The notes beneath the pieces are model-generated. The model was not told the origin of the DNA. It saw nothing but the letters and a program-made list of their open reading frames with translations, and did not search any database. From NCBI GenBank assembly GCA_965112735.1, contig CBCOSG010000003.1, positions 5,050-69,049 of the forward strand: a DNA stretch of 64,000 nt, written 5' to 3'. Within the stretch, counting starts at the first letter, position 1. The number at the start of each line of letters is the position of its first letter. This DNA is from Phaeosaccion multiseriatum. Taxonomy: Eukaryota; Protista; Ochrophyta, other classes. A program made the translations under genes and the position numbers. Positions 1 through 11,183 of the stretch are shown one piece after another.

Positions 1-331
1 TCGATGAAGGACCAGTAAACTCACCTATTATTACATTATTAAATCTTAGTTTTAACCAAGTAACAAAATTTTTATTGGTAGAAACAAGAGCAATATTATT
101 CGTTAAACATTCTTTTTTTATTGATTGCAGTTCGGGAAGTTCTAAAAATTGAGGACTTGGTAATAACCAGAAATCTAAACGTTTTTCAATTGAGCGATAA
201 TATTCTACCCGTTCCCGTAGTACTTCTTCAAAAGGTTCATGAATTAAAAGAAAATTTTGACTCCCTAAAACAAAATAGTATTGACTTTCCATTTTCATAA
301 ATTTTAAATAATGCTTACTTATTATAAGCAT
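1..331 (-). CDS. ycf54: Ycf54 (5' part; IR mirror copy cut by window edge)
   Basis: Reverse complement of 11925-12255. Confidence 0.8.
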   Translation of the reverse strand, partial: MLIISKHYLKFMKMESQYYFVLGSQNFLLIHEPFEEVLRERVEYYRSIEKRLDFWLLPSPQFLELPELQSIKKECLTNNIALVSTNKNFVTWLKLRFNNVIIGEFTGPSS

Positions 332-657
332 TTTTAATCATATTTACCCATTTAATTTATCTTTTTCTTATTTATTTATTTTTAAGCTTAAACAAAAAAT
401 GATTATACTCTGGAGCCTAACTCAATAAAACTTAAAAAAGCAAGACATAGATTTAGTAAATTTACTTATTTTATATGTACGGATTTATATTATTTATACT
501 AATATGCAGAATGGTATTATTAAACGTATTAGAAATTGAGTCGAGTTTGGTTAACCTAGTCCTTCTTTTAAAGTTTGATAAGTAAAAACGCAAATAGATA
601 CAATCTCCATATTTTTAATTATTACAATCAACATAAATAAAAAAATAAACGATATTT

Positions 658-1072
658 ATGACAGCAAATTTAATAGCCATAGGAATTGGTATAGCAATTG
701 GGATCTCACCATTACGGGATTCCGCATTCGCAAAATTTTTAATTCTCATTACAGGAGGTTAAAAATTATGACAATGTTGCATATAATAGAAAGAGGCATG
801 TAGTAAAAAAAGGCCTGCCTTATCTGTTTCCCATTGGAAGAACAGTAAAGATTGCGCAGACGGGAATAAATGTGACAAATTCAACAAGTCCTGTAATATT
901 AGCAAAAAATATTACAGTCACTGTTGTTGATTGTTGCTCACCACCACCTGTACGGTTAGCGGCGCATTGTATTGGAGCGGAGGCTATTATTGCAGCCTCG
1001 GTTGTAAATCCGAATCCAATTACATTTGGGTCCGCTATGCATATGCTCGCAGAAATTTATGAAAAATGTTAA
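658..1072 (+). pseudogene. Hypothetical ORF, apparently frameshifted (34-aa hydrophobic ORF 658-762 plus open frame 743-1072 ending ...VVDCCSPPPVRLAAHC...EIYEKC)
   Basis: Manual translation: the frame of ORF 872-1072 stays open upstream to 743 and overlaps the end of ORF 658-762 in the +1 frame; GC-richer than flanking spacers. Confidence 0.5.
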
Positions 1073-1115
1073 TTAACTTAAATTATATTAATTAATATTT
1101 TTCATAAATTTCTGC
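1049..1115. terminator. 28-bp stem-loop at the 3' end of the hypothetical ORF
   Basis: gcagaaatttatgaaaaatgttaattaa pairs with ttaattaatatttttcataaatttctgc (one G-T pair), 11-nt loop. Confidence 0.7.
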
Positions 1116-1524
1116 TAGATACTCTCAGGCGTACTGGTGCGGATCCCCCTGCCAGGCAAAATTGTCTGCATCTCATCGCTAAAGGCTATTTCCTATGGGT
1201 GTATGAGCATAAGGGATCTATGCAATGCCCAACCTAAAAATCTATTATGTTAGATTCTAGGTTAGCATTTTCGCATTATGTTAGGCAGGTAATTAGAACT
1301 CTGCTATTTACACAAAGTTTAATCCTGTCTGCTTTTTTCGGCGTCATTACTCGTGTGTATTTAAACGGCACTATTGTGTAAATAAGTCTTGTAAATTAAT
1401 ACATTATTTAAAAATTCAATTTTTAAAAAATCATTAAAGCAAATAAATATAATAAATTTATTTACTTTAATTTTATATATTAGGATTTTTTATATAGTTA
1501 GAGAGTTATTAATAGAAAAAATAG

Positions 1525-1596
1525 TCCTCAGTAGCTCAGTGGTAGAGCAATCGGCTGTTAACCGATTGGTCGTAGGTTCAAATCCTACCTGGGGAG
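1525..1596 (+). tRNA. trnN: tRNA-Asn (GUU)
   Basis: tcctcagtagctcagtggtagagc...ctgttaa...ggttcaaatcc cloverleaf. Confidence 0.95.
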
Positions 1597-1663
1597 TTTA
1601 TAGAAATTATAATTTATTTATTAATGTTGTAGAATTTAGATAAATATTAATAAATAAATTTTC

Positions 1664-2470
1664 ATGGTTTTAACAAATAAATTAATAATTGGGAACAAAG
1701 CTTTTGATTCACGTTTAATGTTAGGGACTGGAAAATATAAAGATTTAAAAGAAACAAAAGAGAGTATTTTACAAAGTAAATGTGAGATTATTACAGTTGC
1801 AGTTCGTCGACTTGATTTACAAGGTATAGAAAAAAACTCAAATTTAATTAACTCTTTAAATTGGGATAAATTATGGCTACTTCCAAATACTGCAGGGGCA
1901 AAAACTGCTGAAGAAGCTATTAGATTAGGATTTTTAGGGAGAGAGATTGCTAAAAAAATTGGTCAAGTGGATAATAATTTTGTGAAACTTGAAGTTATTT
2001 CTGATTCTAAATATTTATTACCTGATCCAATTGGGACTATTAAGGCAGCAAAATTTTTAATCAAGAAAGGATTTACAGTTTTACCGTATATTAATGCTGA
2101 CCCTATGTTGGCTCAACACTTGGAGGATATTGGTTGCTCTACTATTATGCCTTTAGGCTCACCCATTGGTTCGGGACAAGGAATTAAAAATTTAACAAAT
2201 ATTAAAATTATTATCGAAAATGCCAGTATACCTGTTATAATTGATGCTGGAATAGGAAGCCCTAGTGAAGCTGCGCTAGCTATGGAGATTGGTGCTGATG
2301 GGGTACTAGTAAATACTTCAATAGCCAAATCTAATAACCCAACTCTAATGGCAAAAGCGATGAAAAATGCAGTAAAGGCTGGGTACCAGGGTTATTTAGC
2401 TGGTTGTATTAAATCTGAACCTTTTGCACAAGCAAGTTCTCCTATTTATGGAAGTAGCTTTTTAAATTAA
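1664..2470 (+). CDS. thiG: Thiazole synthase ThiG
   Basis: [40 protein letters not shown] motifs. Confidence 0.97.
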   Translation: MVLTNKLIIGNKAFDSRLMLGTGKYKDLKETKESILQSKCEIITVAVRRLDLQGIEKNSNLINSLNWDKLWLLPNTAGAKTAEEAIRLGFLGREIAKKIGQVDNNFVKLEVISDSKYLLPDPIGTIKAAKFLIKKGFTVLPYINADPMLAQHLEDIGCSTIMPLGSPIGSGQGIKNLTNIKIIIENASIPVIIDAGIGSPSEAALAMEIGADGVLVNTSIAKSNNPTLMAKAMKNAVKAGYQGYLAGCIKSEPFAQASSPIYGSSFLN

Positions 2471-2546
2471 AAAAGAATATAGTACTTCTAGGATATTAAG
2501 TTATAAGATTTTACTTTTATATTCAAATAAATTCTGGAGATAAGAA

Positions 2547-2792
2547 ATGTCACATGGTGTAAAAATATACGATACTTGTATTGGATGCACTCAATGTGTT
2601 CGAGCTTGTCCAACCGATGTTTTAGAAATGGTGGAATGGGAAGGTTGTCGAGCATCACAAATGGCTTCTGCACCACGGACAGAAGATTGTGTTGGTTGTA
2701 AGCGTTGTGAATCAGCTTGCCCTACTGATTTTTTAAGTATTCGAGTTTATTTAGGTGGAGAAACAACTCGTAGTATGGGCTTAGCTTATTAA
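2547..2792 (+). CDS. psaC: Photosystem I Fe-S protein PsaC
   Basis: Two CxxCxxCxxxCP motifs; ends TTRSMGLAY. Confidence 0.99.
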   Translation: MSHGVKIYDTCIGCTQCVRACPTDVLEMVEWEGCRASQMASAPRTEDCVGCKRCESACPTDFLSIRVYLGGETTRSMGLAY

Positions 2793-2883
2793 ATTTTTTT
2801 CATTAAAGTAAGAACATTCTTTCTTTATAGGATAATAGATAGCTATCATGATAATAGCTAAATTCCAATCAATTAATTTATAA

Positions 2884-3807
2884 CTATAAAACCCAACCGT
2901 AACTATGTAATCCTTGTCCTAAAAAATTTACTCCTAGGTAACATACCCAAACTACAAAAAAACCTAAAGCAGCCAATGCTGCAGGGGCTTCTCCAGTCCA
3001 TCCTTTAATAATTCGAGCGTGTAAATACGCAGCAAAAATTAACCATGTGATTAAAGCCCAAGTTTCTTTTGGATCCCAACTCCAATATGAACCCCAAGCC
3101 TCGTTAGCCCAAACCGCTCCTGCAATAATGCCTATAGTTAGGCATGGAAAACCAAAACTGATAATACGGTAACTTAAACTATCTAAATTAGTTAATAATT
3201 TCTTTTTAGAAGAATGCTCAGTAAAAGTAGAGGTTAAATACACTTCCGTAGCTTGAAGTAAATTAGATTTTTTTAATGGAATTAATTTTACAGATTTTCT
3301 ATTTAATTTCTTATTCCGTAAAATTAAAAATAAAATCGATAACAAAGAACCAGTTATTAATGTTCCGTAACTTAACATCATTAAACTAACATGCATCATT
3401 AACCAATTTGATTGGAGTGCTGGGACTAAAGGGCTAGCTTTTTGCAGCTCTAATGGTAATGTAAAACTAGCAAAAGTATTAATTAATAATACAACGGGAA
3501 GAATAATTGCTCCAATTATTTTATTTTGAGCATTTTTCTCTAATACTATTTGTAAAAACAATAAAATACATGATAAAAATATTAATGATTCATAAAGATT
3601 ACTTAGGGGAAAATATCCATGAAGAACCCAACGACTTCCCAAAAAAATTGATAAAATGAGTGCAGCAATTTTTGAAGTAATATTTCCTAATCGGTATAGA
3701 GAATGAAAATTAGAAAAAACTAAATGAATCCAGTAAGATAACATTGCAGAGAATAAACAAACGAAGCTTATATTTATAAATAAATTTTGGTAATTATCGA
3801 ATAACAT
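2884..3807 (-). CDS. ccsA: Cytochrome c biogenesis protein CcsA
   Basis: WANEAWGSYWSWDPKETW motif. Confidence 0.98.
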   Translation of the reverse strand: MLFDNYQNLFINISFVCLFSAMLSYWIHLVFSNFHSLYRLGNITSKIAALILSIFLGSRWVLHGYFPLSNLYESLIFLSCILLFLQIVLEKNAQNKIIGAIILPVVLLINTFASFTLPLELQKASPLVPALQSNWLMMHVSLMMLSYGTLITGSLLSILFLILRNKKLNRKSVKLIPLKKSNLLQATEVYLTSTFTEHSSKKKLLTNLDSLSYRIISFGFPCLTIGIIAGAVWANEAWGSYWSWDPKETWALITWLIFAAYLHARIIKGWTGEAPAALAALGFFVVWVCYLGVNFLGQGLHSYGWVL

Positions 3808-4282
3808 ATGTACAAATTTTATTAATTACTATATTCTATATTATATCATATAATGTACACTATAGTAATTAGTAGAAAAAAATAATATGTCTTACGAAAA
3901 TAAAAAACTAATTACAATATTGCAACAAGGGTTAAAAATTCGAGAAAATATAAAATATAATTATTACCTGATCACTGCAAACGGAGGACTGGGACGAATA
4001 ATTTATAAAGAATAAAAAAAACTGTATCGAATTAAATACATTCTGTATAATCAGTCAAATTTAATAGCTTTTGGGAAGTTCTACTTAATAAGTTTAAATT
4101 GAGCTGGATCTAAACAACAAACTTATCAATATGTTTTAAATAAAAAGGAAAGGTAAGAGAAAATGAAAAGACTTTGTGATTAGACAAATAAACTCACTTT
4201 ATAATTTAAACTATGGACAATATAAGGCTTTTAGTATTATTATATATAGGGGAATTTTAGATTTATCAACAGAGTTTTTCTT

Positions 4283-4597
4283 ATGAAATATGCTATCATT
4301 GAAGCTAGTGGGAAACAATTTTGGGCCGAATCTGGTAGGTTTATTGAATTAAACCACATACAACAAGAATCTGGAACCCAACTTTTATTTAACCGAATTT
4401 TATTTGCCCGAAATCACGACTCTGTATTTATTGGACAGCCTTATCTAGAGAAAATAAAAATAGAAGCAGTGGTAGATAGCAATATTTTAGGTCCAAAAAT
4501 TATGGTTTATAAAATGAAACCTAAAAAAAAATACATAAAAAAAATTGGTTATCTTAAAAAATTAACACTAATATTTATTGAAAAAATTATATATTAA
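4283..4597 (+). CDS. rpl21: Ribosomal protein L21 (C-terminus differs from mirror copy, probably errors)
   Basis: [20 protein letters not shown] motifs. Confidence 0.93.
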   Translation: MKYAIIEASGKQFWAESGRFIELNHIQQESGTQLLFNRILFARNHDSVFIGQPYLEKIKIEAVVDSNILGPKIMVYKMKPKKKYIKKIGYLKKLTLIFIEKIIY

Positions 4598-4608
4598 AAA
4601 AAAACAAT

Positions 4609-4854
4609 ATGGCACATAAAAAAGGAGCCGGTAGTACAAAAAACGGCCGTGATTCAAAATCTAAACGTTTAGGGGTAAAATGTTACCAAAACCATAAAGT
4701 AAAAATTGGGAATATTTTAGTAAGACAAAGAGGTTTAACTATTAAACCTGGCCAAAATATTGGTGTTGGCAAAGATTTTACATTATATGCTTTAAAAGCA
4801 GGTGTAACGATGTACCGAAAAACAAAAACAAAAACTTTAATCTATATTTTATAA
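4609..4854 (+). CDS. rpl27: Ribosomal protein L27
   Basis: [23 protein letters not shown]. Confidence 0.95.
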   Translation: MAHKKGAGSTKNGRDSKSKRLGVKCYQNHKVKIGNILVRQRGLTIKPGQNIGVGKDFTLYALKAGVTMYRKTKTKTLIYIL

Positions 4855-4859
4855 ATTTA

Positions 4860-6180
4860 AACTGCTTTATGATAGTGCATTAATACTGAAAATATTGAAC
4901 CATAAAAAAGTTGTAGACTTTGATCAACATCTATGACTCTAAAACTATAATCTTATCAATACCAGAAAGTGCTATCAATTAATAATCTTATTTTGGATGG
5001 GACCATAGATACAACACTCTATGATTCAGTACGTTGCTAGTTACCTATGGACTAAAATTAATAAGTTGGAGCAATAAGACTTCAATTGCAGAATCATTAA
5101 AATTTGCTCGTAGATACTTATTTAGATAATGAAGATGTTACACCTGAAGAAACTTTATTCGTAGAACAAGTGAAATAAGTGTATCCGGACATAGTATATT
5201 TTGGAAATTAAATCTTATTGTAAAAGATATTTTAAAGTTAACTCTTCAGTTTTGTATCTATTGTCAACATTGGGTCTCACAGTTTTTACTATTATTATGG
5301 GGATTCTTAGTGTAGCTTTAATGGTGCAAATATAGTATCATATAAGTATTATTATGGAGATTAGGGTCTATTATTATCGGAAAGCTTTTTATTATAATTA
5401 TTATACAAAAATATATAGGTAAACTGAAATTTATCATACTCAAAGTATTACTAGACTAGACTTATTCAGCACCTATTCAACAACATTTATTTCCCTTCAT
5501 AGAAGGACTGTGATGCTTTTCATTATAGTGATGACACCCCAATTAGGTTATCTTCAATTCTAATGTTTCCACCTTATTAGCAGGAAAACTTGTTTAGAAA
5601 ATGGATACCAAATGACTAGGTGGTTAATAAACTGGTAGTTTTTACCTGGTTTAACTAATTTATGGTGCATTTATAAGGGGGGTTCCCAGAATCTAGACTC
5701 AATCCGATATCATTTTATGTACGGATTATACAATTAGTAATTTCTTTCGAATCTTGTTTTACCAATAATTTTGGTTAAGTTGGTTACCGCTATTATGAGA
5801 ATACTTGGTGATATTAATAAACTTATAAGTTTTAGTGTAGTAAGGTATGACGCGATTTATTATGGTATATTGAGCCTGGAGTTTTTATGCTTTAACAGGA
5901 AATATGTATGCCAATATCTTCTTTAAGGGATTAATATTGAAATACATCTAATGGATCGTGATTTGATCAAATGGGAAGACGATTTTAAATGGTGGGATAG
6001 AAGGTAGTAAATATTTATTATTTAATACGATTTCAAATAAATTAAAATTTTATTAGAAAGTTTATCTGAGTTAAGAATAACTATTTTCTGATTTTTCTCA
6101 TTTAGAAAGTTCAAATTTGATTTTTGCTCTATTAGTTTTCCCTAATAGAGCAACAATCAAATTTGAACTTTCTAAAAGCC
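4860..6180 (+). pseudogene. ccs1: Heavily garbled mirror copy of ccs1
   Basis: Patchy reverse-complement match to 6100-7400 (e.g. aatttgctcgtagatactta at ~5101 vs taagtatctacgagcaaatt at ~7110); no intact frame. Confidence 0.6.
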
Positions 6181-7426
6181 ATAATTCAGAAAATAGTTAA
6201 TCTTAACTTAGATAAACCTTGCTAATAAAATTTCAATTTAAATAAAAATCGTAGTATATAATAAATAGTTACTTCCTTGGGTCCCACCACTTAAATTTGT
6301 CAGCCCAGTTGATAAAATCAATATCCAAGTTGTAATGAATCTAATATTATCCCTGAAAAAGATATTGTCATTGATATGTTCCTATTAGAGCATGAAAATT
6401 TCCAGTCTCAATATACCATAATGAATCTCGTCAGAATTTACTACACTAAAACTTATAAGTTCCTTTTTGTCACCAAGTATTCTTTGGTGGGTGGTAACCA
6501 ACTTAACCAAAATTTTTGATCCTGTAAGTTTCGACCGAACTGGCTAATTGTAGAATCCCCTTATTTTTAATGAGTTTTGATTCTAATGCCGGTCACCCCC
6601 CAATTTCTGTTCTGATAAATGCAGTTAAACCATTAGAATAGGTAAATGGTTTAGCATAAACAGATAGTGTTTGAAATCCATTTTCTTTACCTTTTCCTGC
6701 TAATAAAGAAATATTAGAATAAAATTGCCGGATTTTTTTTTCTTTACTATAAGATACCCAAAAGTCATTTATACGAAATGCTTGTTGTTGAATATATGCT
6801 GAATTACCTAGTTTAGTAATATTTTGAGTATGAAAAATTTCAGTTTTTGGTATAAATTCCTGTGCATTAAATCCATTAATACTACCGATAATACTACCCC
6901 CTAAAATACAAATAATACTTAGATGAACTATAATCGGACCAATACGCCCAATCAGTCCCTTATAAGCATACACTGTTAGAGATTGTTGAAATATAGAATA
7001 CTGAAAATCATTAAATTTTTTAATTATTAAATTCAAATTTTTAGAATACACTTATTTCACTTGAATAATAATAAAGTTTCTTAAGGTGTAACAGCTTTTT
7101 TATAAAAATAAGTATCTACGAGCAAATTTTAAAGATTCTGTAATTGAAGTAAAAAAGCTACAACTTTTAAACATAGTCCAAATATAACTAACAACGTAAA
7201 AAATCAAGAGTGTTGTATATAGGTTTAATCCAAAATAAGATTACCAATTAGATAGCACTTTCTGGTATTAAAAAATATATTTTTAGAGCTCATATTTCTT
7301 GATAAAAGTCTACAACTTTTCTATGTTCAATAATTGATCCCATTATGCACTAAATAAAGCAATTAATAATAATAAAAAAATAGCTAATTGTAAGTTGGCA
7401 AAATTTTTCAGAAATTTTTTTAACAT
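6098..7426 (-). pseudogene. ccs1: Ccs1/Ycf44 cytochrome c biogenesis protein, multiply frameshifted in this sequence (likely consensus errors)
   Basis: Start MLKKFLKNFANLQLAIFLLLLIALFS at 7426; intact middle ORF 6593-7051 (KGLIGRIGPIIVHLSII, RINDFW, QFYSNISL); C-terminal GKTNRAKIKFELSK* at 6142-6098. Confidence 0.8.
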
Positions 7427-7454
7427 AATATTAACGCTAAGTAAAGTTATATAA

Positions 7455-7647
7455 TTTATAAAATTAAACATTTTAAAAGAGGTTAATTTTTTAACCTTTA
7501 TTTCTTTGACTTATAGTTAATTTTTTTCTATTTTTTTGCCGACGTTTCTTAATTATATTTTTGCCGGTTTTTGTTCCCATTTTTGCACGGAAACCTGAAA
7601 CTTTTATTGCTTTCAATTTTGTTCCACCTAAAGTCCTTATGTGCCAT
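7455..7647 (-). pseudogene. rpl27: Garbled mirror copy of rpl27
   Basis: Begins atggcacataagg on minus at 7647, then decays; mirror position of 4609-4854. Confidence 0.55.
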
Positions 7648-7658
7648 ATTGTTTTTTT

Positions 7659-7973
7659 TTAATATATAATTGTTTCAATAAATATTCGTGTTAATTTTTG
7701 ACGATAACCAATTTTTTTTCTGTATTTTTTTTTCGGTTTCATTTTATAAACCATAATTTTTGGACCTAAAATATTGCTATCTACCACTGCTTCTATTTTT
7801 ATTTTCTCTAGATAAGGCTGTCCAATAAATACAGAGTCGTGATTTCGGGCAAATAAAATTCGGTTAAATAAAAGTTGGGTTCCAGATTCTTGTTGTATGT
7901 GGTTTAATTCAATAAACCTACCAGATTCGGCCCAAAATTGTTTCCCACTAGCTTCAATGATAGCATATTTCAT
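7659..7973 (-). CDS. rpl21: Ribosomal protein L21
   Basis: Canonical C-terminus KKKYRKKIGYRQKLTRI. Confidence 0.96.
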   Translation of the reverse strand: MKYAIIEASGKQFWAESGRFIELNHIQQESGTQLLFNRILFARNHDSVFIGQPYLEKIKIEAVVDSNILGPKIMVYKMKPKKKYRKKIGYRQKLTRIFIETIIY

Positions 7974-8448
7974 AAGAAAAACTCTGTTGATAAATCTAAA
8001 ATTCCCCTATATATAATAATACTAAAAGCCTTATATTGTCCATAGTTTAAATTATAAAGTGAGTTTATTTGTCTAATCACAAAGTCTTTTCATTTTCTCT
8101 TACCTTTCCTTTTTATTTAAAACATATTGATAAGTTTGTTGTTTAGATCCAGCTCAATTTAAACTTATTAAGTAGAACTTCCCAAAAGCTATTAAATTTG
8201 ACTGATTATACAGAATGTATTTAATTCGATACAGTTTTTTTTATTCTTTATAAATTATTCGTCCCAGTCCTCCGTTTGCAGTGATCAGGTAATAATTATA
8301 TTTTATATTTTCTCGAATTTTTAACCCTTGTTGCAATATTGTAATTAGTTTTTTATTTTCGTAAGACATATTATTTTTTTCTACTAATTACTATAGTGTA
8401 CATTATATGATATAATATAGAATATAGTAATTAATAAAATTTGTACAT

Positions 8449-9372
8449 ATGTTATTCGATAATTACCAAAATTTATTTATAAATATAAGCTTCGTTTGTT
8501 TATTCTCTGCAATGTTATCTTACTGGATTCATTTAGTTTTTTCTAATTTTCATTCTCTATACCGATTAGGAAATATTACTTCAAAAATTGCTGCACTCAT
8601 TTTATCAATTTTTTTGGGAAGTCGTTGGGTTCTTCATGGATATTTTCCCCTAAGTAATCTTTATGAATCATTAATATTTTTATCATGTATTTTATTGTTT
8701 TTACAAATAGTATTAGAGAAAAATGCTCAAAATAAAATAATTGGAGCAATTATTCTTCCCGTTGTATTATTAATTAATACTTTTGCTAGTTTTACATTAC
8801 CATTAGAGCTGCAAAAAGCTAGCCCTTTAGTCCCAGCACTCCAATCAAATTGGTTAATGATGCATGTTAGTTTAATGATGTTAAGTTACGGAACATTAAT
8901 AACTGGTTCTTTGTTATCGATTTTATTTTTAATTTTACGGAATAAGAAATTAAATAGAAAATCTGTAAAATTAATTCCATTAAAAAAATCTAATTTACTT
9001 CAAGCTACGGAAGTGTATTTAACCTCTACTTTTACTGAGCATTCTTCTAAAAAGAAATTATTAACTAATTTAGATAGTTTAAGTTACCGTATTATCAGTT
9101 TTGGTTTTCCATGCCTAACTATAGGCATTATTGCAGGAGCGGTTTGGGCTAACGAGGCTTGGGGTTCATATTGGAGTTGGGATCCAAAAGAAACTTGGGC
9201 TTTAATCACATGGTTAATTTTTGCTGCGTATTTACACGCTCGAATTATTAAAGGATGGACTGGAGAAGCCCCTGCAGCATTGGCTGCTTTAGGTTTTTTT
9301 GTAGTTTGGGTATGTTACCTAGGAGTAAATTTTTTAGGACAAGGATTACATAGTTACGGTTGGGTTTTATAG
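8449..9372 (+). CDS. ccsA: CcsA (IR copy)
   Basis: Same protein as 2884-3807. Confidence 0.98.
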   Translation: MLFDNYQNLFINISFVCLFSAMLSYWIHLVFSNFHSLYRLGNITSKIAALILSIFLGSRWVLHGYFPLSNLYESLIFLSCILLFLQIVLEKNAQNKIIGAIILPVVLLINTFASFTLPLELQKASPLVPALQSNWLMMHVSLMMLSYGTLITGSLLSILFLILRNKKLNRKSVKLIPLKKSNLLQATEVYLTSTFTEHSSKKKLLTNLDSLSYRIISFGFPCLTIGIIAGAVWANEAWGSYWSWDPKETWALITWLIFAAYLHARIIKGWTGEAPAALAALGFFVVWVCYLGVNFLGQGLHSYGWVL

Positions 9373-9463
9373 TTATAAATTAATTGATTGGAATTTAGCT
9401 ATTATCATGATAGCTATCTATTATCCTATAAAGAAAGAATGTTCTTACTTTAATGAAAAAAAT

Positions 9464-9709
9464 TTAATAAGCTAAGCCCATACTACGAGTTGTTTCTCCA
9501 CCTAAATAAACTCGAATACTTAAAAAATCAGTAGGGCAAGCTGATTCACAACGCTTACAACCAACACAATCTTCTGTCCGTGGTGCAGAAGCCATTTGTG
9601 ATGCTCGACAACCTTCCCATTCCACCATTTCTAAAACATCGGTTGGACAAGCTCGAACACATTGAGTGCATCCAATACAAGTATCGTATATTTTTACACC
9701 ATGTGACAT
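9464..9709 (-). CDS. psaC: PsaC (IR copy)
   Basis: Same protein as 2547-2792. Confidence 0.99.
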   Translation of the reverse strand: MSHGVKIYDTCIGCTQCVRACPTDVLEMVEWEGCRASQMASAPRTEDCVGCKRCESACPTDFLSIRVYLGGETTRSMGLAY

Positions 9710-9785
9710 TTCTTATCTCCAGAATTTATTTGAATATAAAAGTAAAATCTTATAACTTAATATCCTAGAAGTACTATATTCTTTT

Positions 9786-10592
9786 TTAATTTAAAAAGCT
9801 ACTTCCATAAATAGGAGAACTTGCTTGTGCAAAAGGTTCAGATTTAATACAACCAGCTAAATAACCCTGGTACCCAGCCTTTACTGCATTTTTCATCGCT
9901 TTTGCCATTAGAGTTGGGTTATTAGATTTGGCTATTGAAGTATTTACTAGTACCCCATCAGCACCAATCTCCATAGCTAGCGCAGCTTCACTAGGGCTTC
10001 CTATTCCAGCATCAATTATAACAGGTATACTGGCATTTTCGATAATAATTTTAATATTTGTTAAATTTTTAATTCCTTGTCCCGAACCAATGGGTGAGCC
10101 TAAAGGCATAATAGTAGAGCAACCAATATCCTCCAAGTGTTGAGCCAACATAGGGTCAGCATTAATATACGGTAAAACTGTAAATCCTTTCTTGATTAAA
10201 AATTTTGCTGCCTTAATAGTCCCAATTGGATCAGGTAATAAATATTTAGAATCAGAAATAACTTCAAGTTTCACAAAATTATTATCCACTTGACCAATTT
10301 TTTTAGCAATCTCTCTCCCTAAAAATCCTAATCTAATAGCTTCTTCAGCAGTTTTTGCCCCTGCAGTATTTGGAAGTAGCCATAATTTATCCCAATTTAA
10401 AGAGTTAATTAAATTTGAGTTTTTTTCTATACCTTGTAAATCAAGTCGACGAACTGCAACTGTAATAATCTCACATTTACTTTGTAAAATACTCTCTTTT
10501 GTTTCTTTTAAATCTTTATATTTTCCAGTCCCTAACATTAAACGTGAATCAAAAGCTTTGTTCCCAATTATTAATTTATTTGTTAAAACCAT
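9786..10592 (-). CDS. thiG: ThiG (IR copy)
   Basis: Same protein as 1664-2470. Confidence 0.97.
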   Translation of the reverse strand: MVLTNKLIIGNKAFDSRLMLGTGKYKDLKETKESILQSKCEIITVAVRRLDLQGIEKNSNLINSLNWDKLWLLPNTAGAKTAEEAIRLGFLGREIAKKIGQVDNNFVKLEVISDSKYLLPDPIGTIKAAKFLIKKGFTVLPYINADPMLAQHLEDIGCSTIMPLGSPIGSGQGIKNLTNIKIIIENASIPVIIDAGIGSPSEAALAMEIGADGVLVNTSIAKSNNPTLMAKAMKNAVKAGYQGYLAGCIKSEPFAQASSPIYGSSFLN

Positions 10593-10659
10593 GAAAATTT
10601 ATTTATTAATATTTATCTAAATTCTACAACATTAATAAATAAATTATAATTTCTATAAA

Positions 10660-10731
10660 CTCCCCAGGTAGGATTTGAACCTACGACCAATCGGTTAACA
10701 GCCGATTGCTCTACCACTGAGCTACTGAGGA
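10660..10731 (-). tRNA. trnN: tRNA-Asn (GUU), IR copy
   Basis: Reverse complement of 1525-1596. Confidence 0.95.
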
Positions 10732-11183
10732 CTATTTTTTCTATTAATAACTCTCTAACTATATAAAAAATCCTAATATATAAAATTAAAGTAAATAAAT
10801 TTATTATATTTATTTGCTTTAATGATTTTTTAAAAATTGAATTTTTAAATAATGTATTAATTTACAAGACTTATTTACACAATAGTGCCGTTTAAATACA
10901 CACGAGTAATGACGCCGAAAAAAGCAGACAGGATTAAACTTTGTGTAAATAGCAGAGTTCTAATTACCTGCCTAACATAATGCGAAAATGCTAACCTAGA
11001 ATCTAACATAATAGATTTTTAGGTTGGGCATTGCATAGATCCCTTATGCTCATACACCCATAGGAAATAGCCTTTAGCGATGAGATGCAGACAATTTTGC
11101 CTGGCAGGGGGATCCGCACCAGTACGCCTGAGAGTATCTAGCAGAAATTTATGAAAAATATTAATTAATATAATTTAAGTTAA

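Noticed and set aside
753-803. AGGAGG Shine-Dalgarno-like site followed by ATG at 768
   Set aside because: Gives only an 11-codon peptide; better explained as part of the frameshifted 658-1072 ORF
1116-1395. Assignment as tmRNA, RNase P RNA or a self-splicing intron
   Set aside because: No tRNA-like ends, no GAGGAAAGUCC core and no group I/II conserved elements recognised
2113-2676. Antisense ORFs in thiG and psaC (and similar shadows in secA, psbA, tufA, petA, atpB and ribosomal protein genes)
   Set aside because: Opposite-strand or alternate-frame shadows of well-conserved genes
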